Shown here: in pieces, positions 54,620 to 64,000 of the stretch
Layout: each line of letters opens with the position of its first letter
Position numbering within the stretch: the first letter of the stretch is position 1
Virus record (IMG/VR): IMGVR_UViG_3300008050_007409
DNA: 64,000 nt
Strand: one strand, 5' to 3'
DNA from: a virus
Made by a program: the position numbers and the translations under genes
The notes under the pieces: model-generated
Seen by the model: the letters and a program-made list of their open reading frames with translations, nothing else
Databases searched by the model: none
What the model was told of the DNA's origin: nothing

Positions 54620-55968
54620 GGCTCATGCGCCCGGACCGCGGCTACCGGAAGGACTTCCTCTGGCTGCCTAAGAAGAGCATCAAGAACCTGAGGGGGATGA
54701 AGTCCGCCCTCTCCTTCACCCGAGAAGGTGAAGCACCGATCTACGCCTGGGACGAGACGGACACGCACCTCATCGTCCCTCGGGAGTTCATCCCGGTCAG
54801 CCACTACCCGGAGCTGAACTTCGAGATCGAGGACCGCATCGACTGGGACTTCCCCCGCGTCGACTTCCGAGCCACCAGCACGCTGCGTGACGCCGTCCAG
54901 AACCTGGCCTTCAGCGCCTTGGTGGACAACGGCAGCGGCATCCTCTCCCTGAGCTGCGGCAAGGGGAAGACCGTGATCGGCCTGCACGCCGCGGCCGCCG
55001 TCGGGATGCCGACGATGATCGTGGTCAACACCTCCGACCTGGCTCATCAGTGGAAGAGCCGGATCATGGAGCACACGAACCTTCGAGAGAAGGACATCGG
55101 GTGGATTCAGGGCAAGAAGTGGGACTGGGAAGGCAAGGCGATCTGCATCGCCATGGTCCAGACCCTGTCCTCTCGGGTTGCTGAGATCCCCGCAGAGCTC
55201 AGCCGACACTTCGGCGTGGTGATCTACGACGAAGTGCACATCCTCGGAGCCCCCTACTTCAACCTGACCGCGGGGATCTTCAAGGGCATCCGGTGGGGAC
55301 TCTCCGCGACCTGGGAGCGTAGCGATGGCCTCGAGCAGCTCTACATGTACCACCTCGGGGAGATCCTCTACGAGAACCTGGACCACGACATCATCCCTGA
55401 GATCTTCTTCATGCAGACCGGCGTGAAGTTCCCCAAGAAGATGGGGGAGATGAAGAAGCTCCGGGACGTGACGGGCGAGTTGTCCATCCCTAAGATCCAC
55501 TCCTGGCTCTCAGAGCACCAAGGCCGGAACGCCTTCATCGGGGAGCAGCTCGACTCCGCCCTGGATGAGGGACGGAAGATCCTGGTCCTGGGCGAGCGCA
55601 TCCCGCAGCTCCGGATGTTCCACGGCGCGTACAAGCCGAAGGCGGGGCTGATCTACGGCAAGGTGAAGGGGAAGGACCGCGAGGCCCAGCTCCAGAACTA
55701 CGACGTGGTGTTCGCCATCGCAGCCCTCGCCAAGCAGGGACTCGACCGGAAGGAGCTGGACACCCTGTTCATCCTCCTGCCCTTCACCGACGAGGGGCGC
55801 TTCCGTCAGATGATGGGCAGGATCCAGAGGGCCTACAAGGACAAGTACCCGCCCTTCGTGATCATCTTCGAGGACGAGAACGTCAAGACCCACCAGAACA
55901 TGTGCCGGAGGCTGCGCAGGCACCTCAACGCACTGAAGTACCCCTACCACATCGTGAAGGCAGCCTGA
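54607..55968 (+). CDS. SF2 DNA helicase (UvsW/XPB-like)
   Basis: LSCGKGKT, DEVH, LSAT, QGLD, QMMGRIQR. Confidence 0.9.
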   Translation: MARLRLMRPDRGYRKDFLWLPKKSIKNLRGMKSALSFTREGEAPIYAWDETDTHLIVPREFIPVSHYPELNFEIEDRIDWDFPRVDFRATSTLRDAVQNLAFSALVDNGSGILSLSCGKGKTVIGLHAAAAVGMPTMIVVNTSDLAHQWKSRIMEHTNLREKDIGWIQGKKWDWEGKAICIAMVQTLSSRVAEIPAELSRHFGVVIYDEVHILGAPYFNLTAGIFKGIRWGLSATWERSDGLEQLYMYHLGEILYENLDHDIIPEIFFMQTGVKFPKKMGEMKKLRDVTGELSIPKIHSWLSEHQGRNAFIGEQLDSALDEGRKILVLGERIPQLRMFHGAYKPKAGLIYGKVKGKDREAQLQNYDVVFAIAALAKQGLDRKELDTLFILLPFTDEGRFRQMMGRIQRAYKDKYPPFVIIFEDENVKTHQNMCRRLRRHLNALKYPYHIVKAA

Positions 55969-56756
55969 TGGACTCAGACACCAAGATCGAGATGCTCCAG
56001 GCCTTGCGACTCCAGTACGTCGGTGGTCAGGACCCGGATGATCCGGAGTCGGTCATCTCCCCCTGCCAGCGATGCGACCTCTGCCGGCCCCGAGCTCGGC
56101 AGAGGACCCACGTAGTCTTCGGAGGTCCCAACGTCGACGCAGACGTGATGATCATCGGAGAGGCTCCCAGGGGGAAGGAGGACCGCTACAACGGCCTCTT
56201 CTGGGAGGACACCCCTGTCGGCGCCATGGTCGACAACTTCCTGAAGTCCATGAACGTCACCCGCGACGACGTGTGGTTCGACAGCATGGTCTCCTGCCGG
56301 GCGACGGAAGCGGGGGATGCCTCCAGGGACCGGCCGCCGAACAAGGACGAGCTCGCCGCCTGCCGGGAACGCCTCTACGAGGTGATCCGCATCGTGGACC
56401 CCAAGGTCGTCATCCTCCTGGGCAAGGCCGCCCTCAAGCTGGCCAAGAAGTGGGGGGACTACGAGGACAAGGAGCTGGTGCCCTGCAAGACGGGGATCAC
56501 CTCCATCGCCCAGGAACCGGACCCCCTCCGCCTCTGCGTGGAGATCCCAGGCGTGCTGCGGCCCGTCCGCTTCTCGGCCTTCGCAACCTTCAACCCCGCC
56601 TACCTGCTCCGACTCAAGGACGCAGACCTGAAGCGGACGAATTCTGACCTGGAGATGGCCTGGCGGGTGTGGCGACACGCCTTCCGCATGGCCGACTCCT
56701 TCAACTACGTCTACGAGGGGACCATCCCCCCGCAGCGCGGCATCGACACGGAGTGA
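55968..56756 (+). CDS. uracil-DNA glycosylase family 4-like
   Basis: CQRCDLC, IIGEAP, VSCR..RPP...E..AC, DPKVVILLG, ATFNPAYLLR. Confidence 0.85.
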   Translation: MDSDTKIEMLQALRLQYVGGQDPDDPESVISPCQRCDLCRPRARQRTHVVFGGPNVDADVMIIGEAPRGKEDRYNGLFWEDTPVGAMVDNFLKSMNVTRDDVWFDSMVSCRATEAGDASRDRPPNKDELAACRERLYEVIRIVDPKVVILLGKAALKLAKKWGDYEDKELVPCKTGITSIAQEPDPLRLCVEIPGVLRPVRFSAFATFNPAYLLRLKDADLKRTNSDLEMAWRVWRHAFRMADSFNYVYEGTIPPQRGIDTE

Positions 56757-56759
56757 CCC

Positions 56760-57350
56760 TTGAGCATTGAGACCAAGATCGCCGAGACCAAGAAGGCGAT
56801 CATCAAGAAGGCCAAGGCCCTGGCCAACGTCCTGCAGACCCTCCGGGAGTCTGACGAGTACATCCAGGAGACCCAGGCCGACAAGGTGGCAGAGATCACC
56901 AAGCTGGAGAAGCGGCGGGAGGGCATCGACAACAAGATCGCCCAGCTCCGTCTGGCGATCGACGAGGCCGACCCCGAGAACACCCAGCTGGTCGAGGACA
57001 AGCAGAACGAGGCGGCTCGACTGGAGAAGGAGATCAAGGCCCTCGCCCACGGCATGCCCGTCGAGTGCCTGATGAAGAAGGGCTTCAAGGTCGTCGACGA
57101 CGAGGACAACGTGTCCGTGTCCGTCACGGTCTCCAAGGCCCAGATCGTCACGGCCTTCAACGCCGAGGCCCTGCTCGAGGAGTTCCCCGAGCTCGTGGCT
57201 CAGGAGATCGACGGAGACTTCGTCGTGGTCCGCACCATCGACGCAGCTGTGCTGGAGCGCCTGGTCGAGCAGGAGGACGTCTCCAAGGACGTCTACAAGC
57301 ACCGGACCACCGCCAAGGCCAAGAACCCCAGCGTCCGGATCGCAACGTGA
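56760..57350 (+). CDS. hypothetical coiled-coil protein
   Basis: Clean ORF in the replication operon. Confidence 0.7.
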   Translation: MSIETKIAETKKAIIKKAKALANVLQTLRESDEYIQETQADKVAEITKLEKRREGIDNKIAQLRLAIDEADPENTQLVEDKQNEAARLEKEIKALAHGMPVECLMKKGFKVVDDEDNVSVSVTVSKAQIVTAFNAEALLEEFPELVAQEIDGDFVVVRTIDAAVLERLVEQEDVSKDVYKHRTTAKAKNPSVRIAT

Positions 57351-57730
57351 GCGACTCCTCATCCCCCTACGGCTTCCTCAGGCGCAAGAAGGGGGCCCGA
57401 AAGCGGGCCTCCGTGACACCTCGGAACGAGGACGAGCGGGTCATCGCTGACCGCGAGACCACCGAAGACGGTGGCCAGGGCGTGCTCGCCACCCAGCCCA
57501 TGGGGTCCGTCGGACTCTCCCTCACGGTCGGCATGAGCACGAAGTTCGCCCGCGAGAAGATCGAGATCACTGTCTGGGAGACCCAGCCGGTGTTCTTGGA
57601 CCCGGCCGACAAGCGGCGGGCTCGCGAAGAGATCAACGCCAGCTTGACCAAGGAAGCCGCCGAGCGTCTCGACGCCGCGGTACGTGAGTTCTTCCCACAC
57701 ATGCTCGAGGACGACACCGATGCCGACTGA
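57347..57730 (+). CDS. hypothetical protein
   Basis: GTGA coupling. Confidence 0.6.
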   Translation: MSDSSSPYGFLRRKKGARKRASVTPRNEDERVIADRETTEDGGQGVLATQPMGSVGLSLTVGMSTKFAREKIEITVWETQPVFLDPADKRRAREEINASLTKEAAERLDAAVREFFPHMLEDDTDAD

Positions 57731-58022
57731 GTACCCTCCCGGAACCGGGCCCGTCATCAAGGGCGTCGGGGTCATGGAGCTCAACATCAAGCTGGGTGGA
57801 CAGAACCCGGTGGTCTTCTACGGCGTCGCCTACCTGGACGGTGGCGGGCAGACGATGGGCCAGGTCCGCTGCAACGTGATGAGCCCGGAGGCGCAGGCGC
57901 TCCTGGACGCCTTCGTTACCCAGCTGGAGTCCGACTTCATCGAGGTCTCGGGCACTGAGCTCCACGATCCCGAGAGCATCATGGAACCCTCGGGAGACGG
58001 CCTGACCTACCCTGCGCCGTGA
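57720..58022 (+). CDS. hypothetical protein
   Basis: Overlapping start, typical codons. Confidence 0.6.
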   Translation: MPTEYPPGTGPVIKGVGVMELNIKLGGQNPVVFYGVAYLDGGGQTMGQVRCNVMSPEAQALLDAFVTQLESDFIEVSGTELHDPESIMEPSGDGLTYPAP

Positions 58023-58152
58023 GGGAAGTAGGGTCGTTGACCGCCCGGTACTCGTCCAATAGGATGGGTGGGCTGAACTACTTCCGGCGCTGTTGCGGTC
58101 TTCGCAAACCTCCTTCAGCAGCGCCAGGAAGGCATACCCTTCGGAGCGGTAG

Positions 58153-59499
58153 ATGAATCACGACATGGCGCTCGTTGCGCAGGTGTTGGAGACTGGGGAC
58201 TACAAACAGGCCGTCAAGTCCGGCCTGAAGAAAGCGATGCTGGGCGACCGTGCAGCGCTGTACTGGGACATCCTCGGGGACTTCTACGAGGAGCACCGGA
58301 AGGTCCCCTCGGTGGACCTGTTCAAGTCCCTCTGCCCCGACTACGATCACCATCCGACCGACGATCCGATGGACTCGCTGGTGCAGGAGATCAAGACGAT
58401 CTACCTGGGGTCGGAGCTCAACCGGATCCTGAACATCCTGGTGGACGAGAACTCCTCGGACCCCTGGGAGGCGAAGAAGACTCTGGTGCGCCTGGCAGAC
58501 GAGGTCAACTCGCAGCACCAGCTCAGGAACACCAGGGTCGTGGCCGGCGAGAAGGGCGACTACGTCCTGAACATGCTGAGGCGCCTGCGCGACGGCACCG
58601 GGATGCTGGGCATGAAGTGGCCCTTCAAGGCGCTCAACGCCTGCACACCTGGGATCATGCCCGGCAACGTGATCTACCTCTACGGTCGGCAGAAGTCGAA
58701 GAAGACCTGGCTCCTCCTCCAGATGGCCCTCCACTTCTACTTCATGGGCCACCGCGTCCTGCTGTTCACAGGGGAGATGACCACGGAGGAGCTCCACTGG
58801 CGTCTGGCAGCTCTGGTCCTGGCGATCCCCCTCAACGACTTCAACAAGGGCAAGGTCACCCGCCTGGGCGAGGAGACCATCAAGGAGGTCATGGACGAGC
58901 TGCTCAAGACGGGGCGGCTGATCTTCTCCGAGAGCTACGAAGGCCTGGCCGAGTACAAGGCTGAGATCGAGGACGTGCAGCCGGACATCGTGCTGCATGA
59001 CTACTGGAAGCTCATGGCCGACGACCTCATGGAGCACCGGAGGATCTCGGAGAAGGCCGCCGTCGACCGCACCATCGACGCCCTGGTCAAGTTCCACAGG
59101 AAGTGCAAGATCCCCGCCATCGTCTGCGGTCACGCCAACCGAGAGGGCGACAAGTCCAAGGGGAAGGGCAGCACCGAGCACGCGTGGAGTGACCACATCA
59201 CTCGCCGCGTCCATGCTGCTCTGCGGGTGATCAAGAGCCCGGACGAGACCAAGCTGGGCATCGTCGTCAACGCAGGCCGGAACATGCCCGAGGACGTGGT
59301 CTTCACGCTGGACGGGACGCTCTGCTACAACTTCGGCGAGGAGCTGGACGTGGACCACAACTGGATCTGGACCAGTGACGCCGCGTCCGATGCCTCGTCG
59401 GCGAGTTCGACGAAGAAGGACAAGGAGCCCGCGTCCACGTCGGCGCTCGACGCCATCAAGAAGGGAGCCTTCAGGGGCTTCAAGAAGAAGAGGAGCTGA
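58153..59499 (+). CDS. DnaB-like replicative helicase
   Basis: GRQKSKKTW Walker A variant, LLFTGEM, IVLHDY, HANREG; adjacent to primase. Confidence 0.85.
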   Translation: MNHDMALVAQVLETGDYKQAVKSGLKKAMLGDRAALYWDILGDFYEEHRKVPSVDLFKSLCPDYDHHPTDDPMDSLVQEIKTIYLGSELNRILNILVDENSSDPWEAKKTLVRLADEVNSQHQLRNTRVVAGEKGDYVLNMLRRLRDGTGMLGMKWPFKALNACTPGIMPGNVIYLYGRQKSKKTWLLLQMALHFYFMGHRVLLFTGEMTTEELHWRLAALVLAIPLNDFNKGKVTRLGEETIKEVMDELLKTGRLIFSESYEGLAEYKAEIEDVQPDIVLHDYWKLMADDLMEHRRISEKAAVDRTIDALVKFHRKCKIPAIVCGHANREGDKSKGKGSTEHAWSDHITRRVHAALRVIKSPDETKLGIVVNAGRNMPEDVVFTLDGTLCYNFGEELDVDHNWIWTSDAASDASSASSTKKDKEPASTSALDAIKKGAFRGFKKKRS

Positions 59500-59527
59500 G
59501 ACAGATCACAAGGGAGAGGAAGCGGCA

Positions 59528-60613
59528 ATGAGCAGCCCTGTACGGCAGCTCGCGGAGCAGTATCTGCACAACGTCAGGCCGAGCGGGAGAGGCAACTTCC
59601 GTGCAGCTTGTCCGTTCCACGACAGCGCCTCCGCGAAGCGATCGTTCTACATCTACGGAAAGTCTGGAGGATGGGCCTGTTTCGGCTGCGGCCTGACAGG
59701 TACGCTTCCGAGTCTGCTCTACCGCCTTGGGATGTCCAGGGAGCGGGTAGATCAGGTTCTCAACGGCGTCAACTACTCCAGCTGGAAGCCGGAGTCTGCC
59801 GAGCGCCGCGGCCGCATCAAGGCCCAGGGATGGGACGTCCTGCCCGAGTTCATCTTGGGAGCCTGGGACTGGTGCCCCGAACGGATGATCTGGTGGGGCT
59901 TCTCCGAGGAGATCCTCCAGGAGTTCGACATCGGCTTCGACAAGGTCCGCAAGAGGATCACCTTCCCGATCCGCGACCACGCTGGCCGACTGGCTGGGGT
60001 GAGCGGCCGGGCCGAACCGGGAGGATTCCCCCGGTATAAGGTGTATGACGCGACCCCACCTTCCAACGGAGTGAGGGCCGGAGAGCTCTACGAGGTCCTC
60101 GAGAAGAAGGCCTACACTCCAGACAACCGGCGACACGTCTACGGACTCGACCGGTTCTACGCCGCCAGGCTGCTACGGCCTGACGAAGACCACCCTCCCC
60201 TCCTCCTGGTCGAGGGGTACAAGGGCACCCTCTGGATGGTCCAGAACGGGTTCGATCACACGGGAGGGCTACAAGGCTCCTCCCTGACCAGGCACCAGGA
60301 AGACGTCCTCGGAGCCATCCGAGGGACCAAGTACGTCCTGCTGGATCACGAGCCGGGGAAGGCCTTCCCCGACGAGAACGGGCGCTGCGCTGCGTACTGG
60401 ATTACTGAACGCTTGTCCAGGTATGGTAAGGCGTTGGTCTGCCAGTACCCAGAGGGAACCGAACTCGGTACCAGCCCCGACGATCTCACCAAAGATCAGC
60501 TACAGCAGTTGGTTGACACAGCAACCACTACGGCGAAAGCCAACCTCCACAACCGCTCCGGCCTCGATGGCTGGACTCGCACAACAACGACAAGAAGGAT
60601 CAGAACATCATGA
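59528..60613 (+). CDS. DnaG-type primase
   Basis: CPFHD...CFGCG zinc finger, RITFPIRD, LVEGY TOPRIM. Confidence 0.88.
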   Translation: MSSPVRQLAEQYLHNVRPSGRGNFRAACPFHDSASAKRSFYIYGKSGGWACFGCGLTGTLPSLLYRLGMSRERVDQVLNGVNYSSWKPESAERRGRIKAQGWDVLPEFILGAWDWCPERMIWWGFSEEILQEFDIGFDKVRKRITFPIRDHAGRLAGVSGRAEPGGFPRYKVYDATPPSNGVRAGELYEVLEKKAYTPDNRRHVYGLDRFYAARLLRPDEDHPPLLLVEGYKGTLWMVQNGFDHTGGLQGSSLTRHQEDVLGAIRGTKYVLLDHEPGKAFPDENGRCAAYWITERLSRYGKALVCQYPEGTELGTSPDDLTKDQLQQLVDTATTTAKANLHNRSGLDGWTRTTTTRRIRTS

Positions 60614-61782
60614 GTGGATTCCACGCGTTCCGCAAGGCGCAGAAGAAGAGCAACGCCGCCTCCTCCGGTGGCGGGGGCCGCACCCCCTGGCAGTCCTACA
60701 TCCTGAAGATGGACACCGGCGAGACCGCCGGCATCCGCGTCCTGTCGCCCGGCGACGAGGGCTTCTTCATCTTCAAGTCCCACGGCTTCCCGCAGCAGAT
60801 CTGCACGGCGGAGCTCCCCGGCTTCGACGGCAAGTGCGTCTACTGCCACTACAACGAGCGGGACAAGGAGTTCCGTGACGCCTACTACGCGAAGGTCCGC
60901 ACCGTCGCCTGCGTGGTCGACTTCCGCTACTTCCACTGGGACAACTCCGGTGAGAAGACCCTGGTGCACCCCTGCGCCGACGCCGAGCCGAACCCCAAGA
61001 AGGTCCGGTGCCGTCACTGCAAGAGCACCAACGCCGAGCTCAGCGCCCGCCACTTCGGTGGCCAGAAGCGCTGGGAGCTGACCAACGACCAGCGCGACCA
61101 GCTCGCTGAGGTCCACGGCAAGCTCCAGGCCGTCTGCGTGGCCCAGAGCGACGAGGACGATGCCGAGAGCGTCTGCGGCCAGCGGATCGACGTGCTGGGC
61201 TACCAGTGCGGCAACCCCGAGTGCTCCGAGCTCATCATCACCGAGCGCGACATGGAGACCCACGACATCTCCGAGGCGCTCGAAGACACCTACGAGTGTG
61301 AGGAGTGCAACCAGGAGAACTGGCTCGAGCCCATCCTGGTCTGCGAGTCTGGCGACCACGAGGCCGAGCCCGGCTCCATCTTCGGCAAGATCGTCGAGGT
61401 GACCTGCAGCGGCCGGACCGTGAAGACCAAGAGCGGTGACCGTACCCGCAAGTCCTACAACTTCGACCGCAACGTCGCCCCCTGGAGCCGGGTCGAGGAC
61501 GACCTCGCCGCCTTCGGGCTGTCGGACGAGGAGATCGAGAAGACCTCCAAGCACGACGACCTGCTGAAGCGCTTCGCACCCTTCCGCCTCGACCCCGGCG
61601 AGTACGGCAACGAGGCCGAGTACGTGGTGGCCGTGCTGGAGAAGCAGGTCGAGAAGATCAACGACAAGGTCAAGAAGGAGCGCGACAAGATCTCGCTCCC
61701 CGATGGCTGGGGTGACAGCGACGACGGTGGCGGCGGCAAGCGCAGCACCGGCGGCCGCCCCTGGCAGCGCAAGCGGTCCTGA
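60610..61782 (+). CDS. putative single-stranded DNA-binding protein (gp32-like, Cys-rich)
   Basis: Lies between primase and polymerase; strong codon bias; several CxxC pairs. Confidence 0.5.
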   Translation: MSGFHAFRKAQKKSNAASSGGGGRTPWQSYILKMDTGETAGIRVLSPGDEGFFIFKSHGFPQQICTAELPGFDGKCVYCHYNERDKEFRDAYYAKVRTVACVVDFRYFHWDNSGEKTLVHPCADAEPNPKKVRCRHCKSTNAELSARHFGGQKRWELTNDQRDQLAEVHGKLQAVCVAQSDEDDAESVCGQRIDVLGYQCGNPECSELIITERDMETHDISEALEDTYECEECNQENWLEPILVCESGDHEAEPGSIFGKIVEVTCSGRTVKTKSGDRTRKSYNFDRNVAPWSRVEDDLAAFGLSDEEIEKTSKHDDLLKRFAPFRLDPGEYGNEAEYVVAVLEKQVEKINDKVKKERDKISLPDGWGDSDDGGGGKRSTGGRPWQRKRS

Positions 61783-61793
61783 TCTGCCCCCAC

Positions 61794-61834
61794 GAGGTCG
61801 GTCTCGGCGGGCGCTGCCTGTCGGGGCCGACCTC
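61794..61834 (+). terminator. 19-bp stem-loop after the SSB-like gene
   Basis: GAGGTCGGTCTCGGCGGGC-GCT-GCCTGTCGGGGCCGACCTC with G-U pairs; no U tract. Confidence 0.55.
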
Positions 61835-61843
61835 ACTGGAGAC

Positions 61844-63001
61844 ATGATGTTTACACCGCAGATCCAACGAGCATTGGGCGAGGGTTGCCTCCGCCTGATC
61901 AACGACAACCTCTACATCGGGAACGGCCGGTGGCTGTTCCGGCTCTACAGCCCTGAGCTGCACATCCCTCAGCAAGTCCTGGACCTGGCCCACACCGTCG
62001 AGGACCTGGAGGGGAACCACGTGCTCGACTACCGGGTCCTCAACGCCCGGTCGATCGACGTGAAGAACGAGAGCTTCCTCCCAGCCGGGATGCGGAAGCA
62101 CCACCCCCTCTACATCCGACTGGACTCACGCCTACCCGCTGACGGCGACGAGATCGAGGAGATGTTCGAGAGCACCCGCGGGCACGCGGAGGAGCCGAGG
62201 CTCGACCTCATGTCCCTCTACCGCTCTGGCGAGATGCGCACCGTCTACGAAGGGGCGATGACCTACGACCCCAACAAGGAGCTGGGCGCCCGCCGGACCA
62301 AGCTCGCCAAGGCGTCCAAGGCGTCCGCCTACTTCTACGAGGGAGACGAGGTCGTCGTCGGAGTCCCCGCTGCTCTGATGGAGATGCTGTCCTCCCTGGA
62401 CTTCGACCTCTGGATCCCGATGGAGAAGGAGAACGAGATCCCAACCATCGGAGGGTGGAACAACGAGCTGAGGGCTGAGATCCTCTTGGGCCCCGTCAGC
62501 GACCTCCACGTGACGCACACTCCCGACGGCCGGAAGCTCAACTCCCGCAAGGGGTGCATGCTCTGCTGGTGGACGGAGGAGCGGGCGATGCAGGAAGTCA
62601 ACACCACTGTGGGCTTCGACCCGACCCGGTACGACCAGAAGAAGGTGATCTCCGCGTGGCTCTCCGGCGAGATCAACCACCCCCACATGGGCATCGATGC
62701 TCTTCGCTGGCAGGGTGTCCCTGAGGACATGATCCGGACCCACCTGGAGAAGGTCCAGGAAGCCTCCTGGCCTGTGATCTACAAGGGACACATGGAGACC
62801 GCTGACCGCCTCATGACGCGGATCATCGAAGAGACAGCGAGCGACAAGGTCATCCCGGACTGGCAGGTCCGGAGCTGGAAGTCGGAGCTGGAGAGGCTCT
62901 GCAACTTCATCGAGGCGATGCAGCCTCTGGTAGAGGAAGAGCTGAGTCTGGGAGTCATCCCGGAGATTGCAGAAGCCCTGCAGGAGGTTGAAGTCGCATG
63001 A
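61844..63001 (+). CDS. hypothetical protein
   Basis: GGAG RBS; ATGA coupling to the polymerase gene. Confidence 0.7.
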   Translation: MMFTPQIQRALGEGCLRLINDNLYIGNGRWLFRLYSPELHIPQQVLDLAHTVEDLEGNHVLDYRVLNARSIDVKNESFLPAGMRKHHPLYIRLDSRLPADGDEIEEMFESTRGHAEEPRLDLMSLYRSGEMRTVYEGAMTYDPNKELGARRTKLAKASKASAYFYEGDEVVVGVPAALMEMLSSLDFDLWIPMEKENEIPTIGGWNNELRAEILLGPVSDLHVTHTPDGRKLNSRKGCMLCWWTEERAMQEVNTTVGFDPTRYDQKKVISAWLSGEINHPHMGIDALRWQGVPEDMIRTHLEKVQEASWPVIYKGHMETADRLMTRIIEETASDKVIPDWQVRSWKSELERLCNFIEAMQPLVEEELSLGVIPEIAEALQEVEVA

Positions 63002-64000
63002 GATTCCGCAGCGTTGCCCCGAACCCGATCTACGTGGACACACCGGAGCTGGTGGAGTCCTGCCTCAAGCGGTGCTTCCGCTCCAGCCTCCTCGCCATCG
63101 ACACCGAGACCATGGGTCGGGAGAAGGACGGCTACCTGAAGCTGGACGACCAGGTCGTCAACATGGGGCTGAGTCCGGACGAGGGGAGTCGCTTCTTCGT
63201 CCCCCGCCGGCTGCTCCACCACTTCCGGGTCCTCCTGGCGGATTCGTCCATCCCGAAGGCGCTGCACAACTACAAGTTCGACGCGCACCGGCTGGCCAAC
63301 GCAGGCTGCGAGATCGAAGGACCCCTCTGGGAGACTCTGATCTTCGACTTCCTCTACGACGAGGACATCCGGGAGAATCGGCACGGTCTCGATCAGTGCT
63401 CGATGGACTACTTCGAGATCCCGATGGCCAAGTACGCGGACATCGTGGGCAGGACGGACCCGCGGACCCTCGTCCCTGGTCACGAGAAGTGGCTCCGCTA
63501 CCTCGACTACGGCTCTCTGGATGGCTGGGTGACGAGGAAGCTGGCGCTCCTCCTGGCCGACAAGCTCCAGAAGATCCACCTGTTCCGGGTGGAGGCCTAC
63601 GAGCAGGAGCTGGATGACGGCCGGATGTCTCCGGAGGAGGTCGAGGAGCTCTGCAACCGGACCATGTGGGACCACTACTGGGACTACGAGGAGCCGCAGG
63701 TCAAGGCCCTCTACAAGATGGAGAGACGGGGCATCACCATCAACGATGCCCACCTGGAGCGCATCGCGAAGGAGCTCCAGCTGGAGATGGACGAGGCCGC
63801 CGCTGAGATCAGCCGCATGGCGGGCTACCCGCTGAACCCCAACAGCACCAAGCAGATAGGGAAGTGGCTGTTCGAGGACCTGGGCCTGACTCCCCTGGGC
63901 CGGACGCCCACTGGCAACCCCCAGGTCGGGGAGGACGTGCTCAAGCACTTCGCCGCCCAGGGCGTCGAGGGCTGCCAGGTGGCCATGCGCTACAAGAAGG
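62998..64000 (+). CDS. family A DNA polymerase (3'-truncated by window)
   Basis: LAIDTET, HNYKFD, WDTLI, YGSLD exonuclease motifs; MERRGI, NPNSTKQI..WLF thumb region. Confidence 0.92.
   Translation, partial: MRFRSVAPNPIYVDTPELVESCLKRCFRSSLLAIDTETMGREKDGYLKLDDQVVNMGLSPDEGSRFFVPRRLLHHFRVLLADSSIPKALHNYKFDAHRLANAGCEIEGPLWETLIFDFLYDEDIRENRHGLDQCSMDYFEIPMAKYADIVGRTDPRTLVPGHEKWLRYLDYGSLDGWVTRKLALLLADKLQKIHLFRVEAYEQELDDGRMSPEEVEELCNRTMWDHYWDYEEPQVKALYKMERRGITINDAHLERIAKELQLEMDEAAAEISRMAGYPLNPNSTKQIGKWLFEDLGLTPLGRTPTGNPQVGEDVLKHFAAQGVEGCQVAMRYKK

Overview
High-GC segment of a large tailed-phage (myovirus-type) genome. The window has three main parts. (1) ~1-11.3 kb: mostly + strand accessory genes in short transcription units with repeated promoter and 3'-end motifs. 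They include an RNAP alpha-CTD fusion, a stand-alone response-regulator receiver, a DpdA/TGT-like protein, a Dda/RecD-like helicase, an HNH nuclease and two putative structured ncRNAs (one tRNA/tmRNA-like). A - strand tail-assembly chaperone with a -1 frameshift sits inside this region. (2) ~11.5-53.4 kb: a - strand morphogenesis module with tail tube, sheath, neck, major capsid, prohead protease, terminase, baseplate spike and portal. (3) ~53.5-64 kb: a + strand replication module with SF2 helicase, UDG, DnaB-like helicase, primase, SSB-like protein and family A DNA polymerase. The most striking observations are: a 2060-aa single-chain, bacterial-type RNA polymerase beta-beta' fusion embedded between the portal and baseplate-spike genes; a shared [AF]xxELxK[IVT]A tag and K-x-A motif across many otherwise unrelated head-region proteins (candidate capsid-cargo addressing and maturation system); a 92-nt antisense copy of an HTH-regulator gene inserted in frame in the alpha-CTD gene; and a 271-nt tRNA-ended RNA. 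All calls are from motif recognition by eye; no database searches were run.
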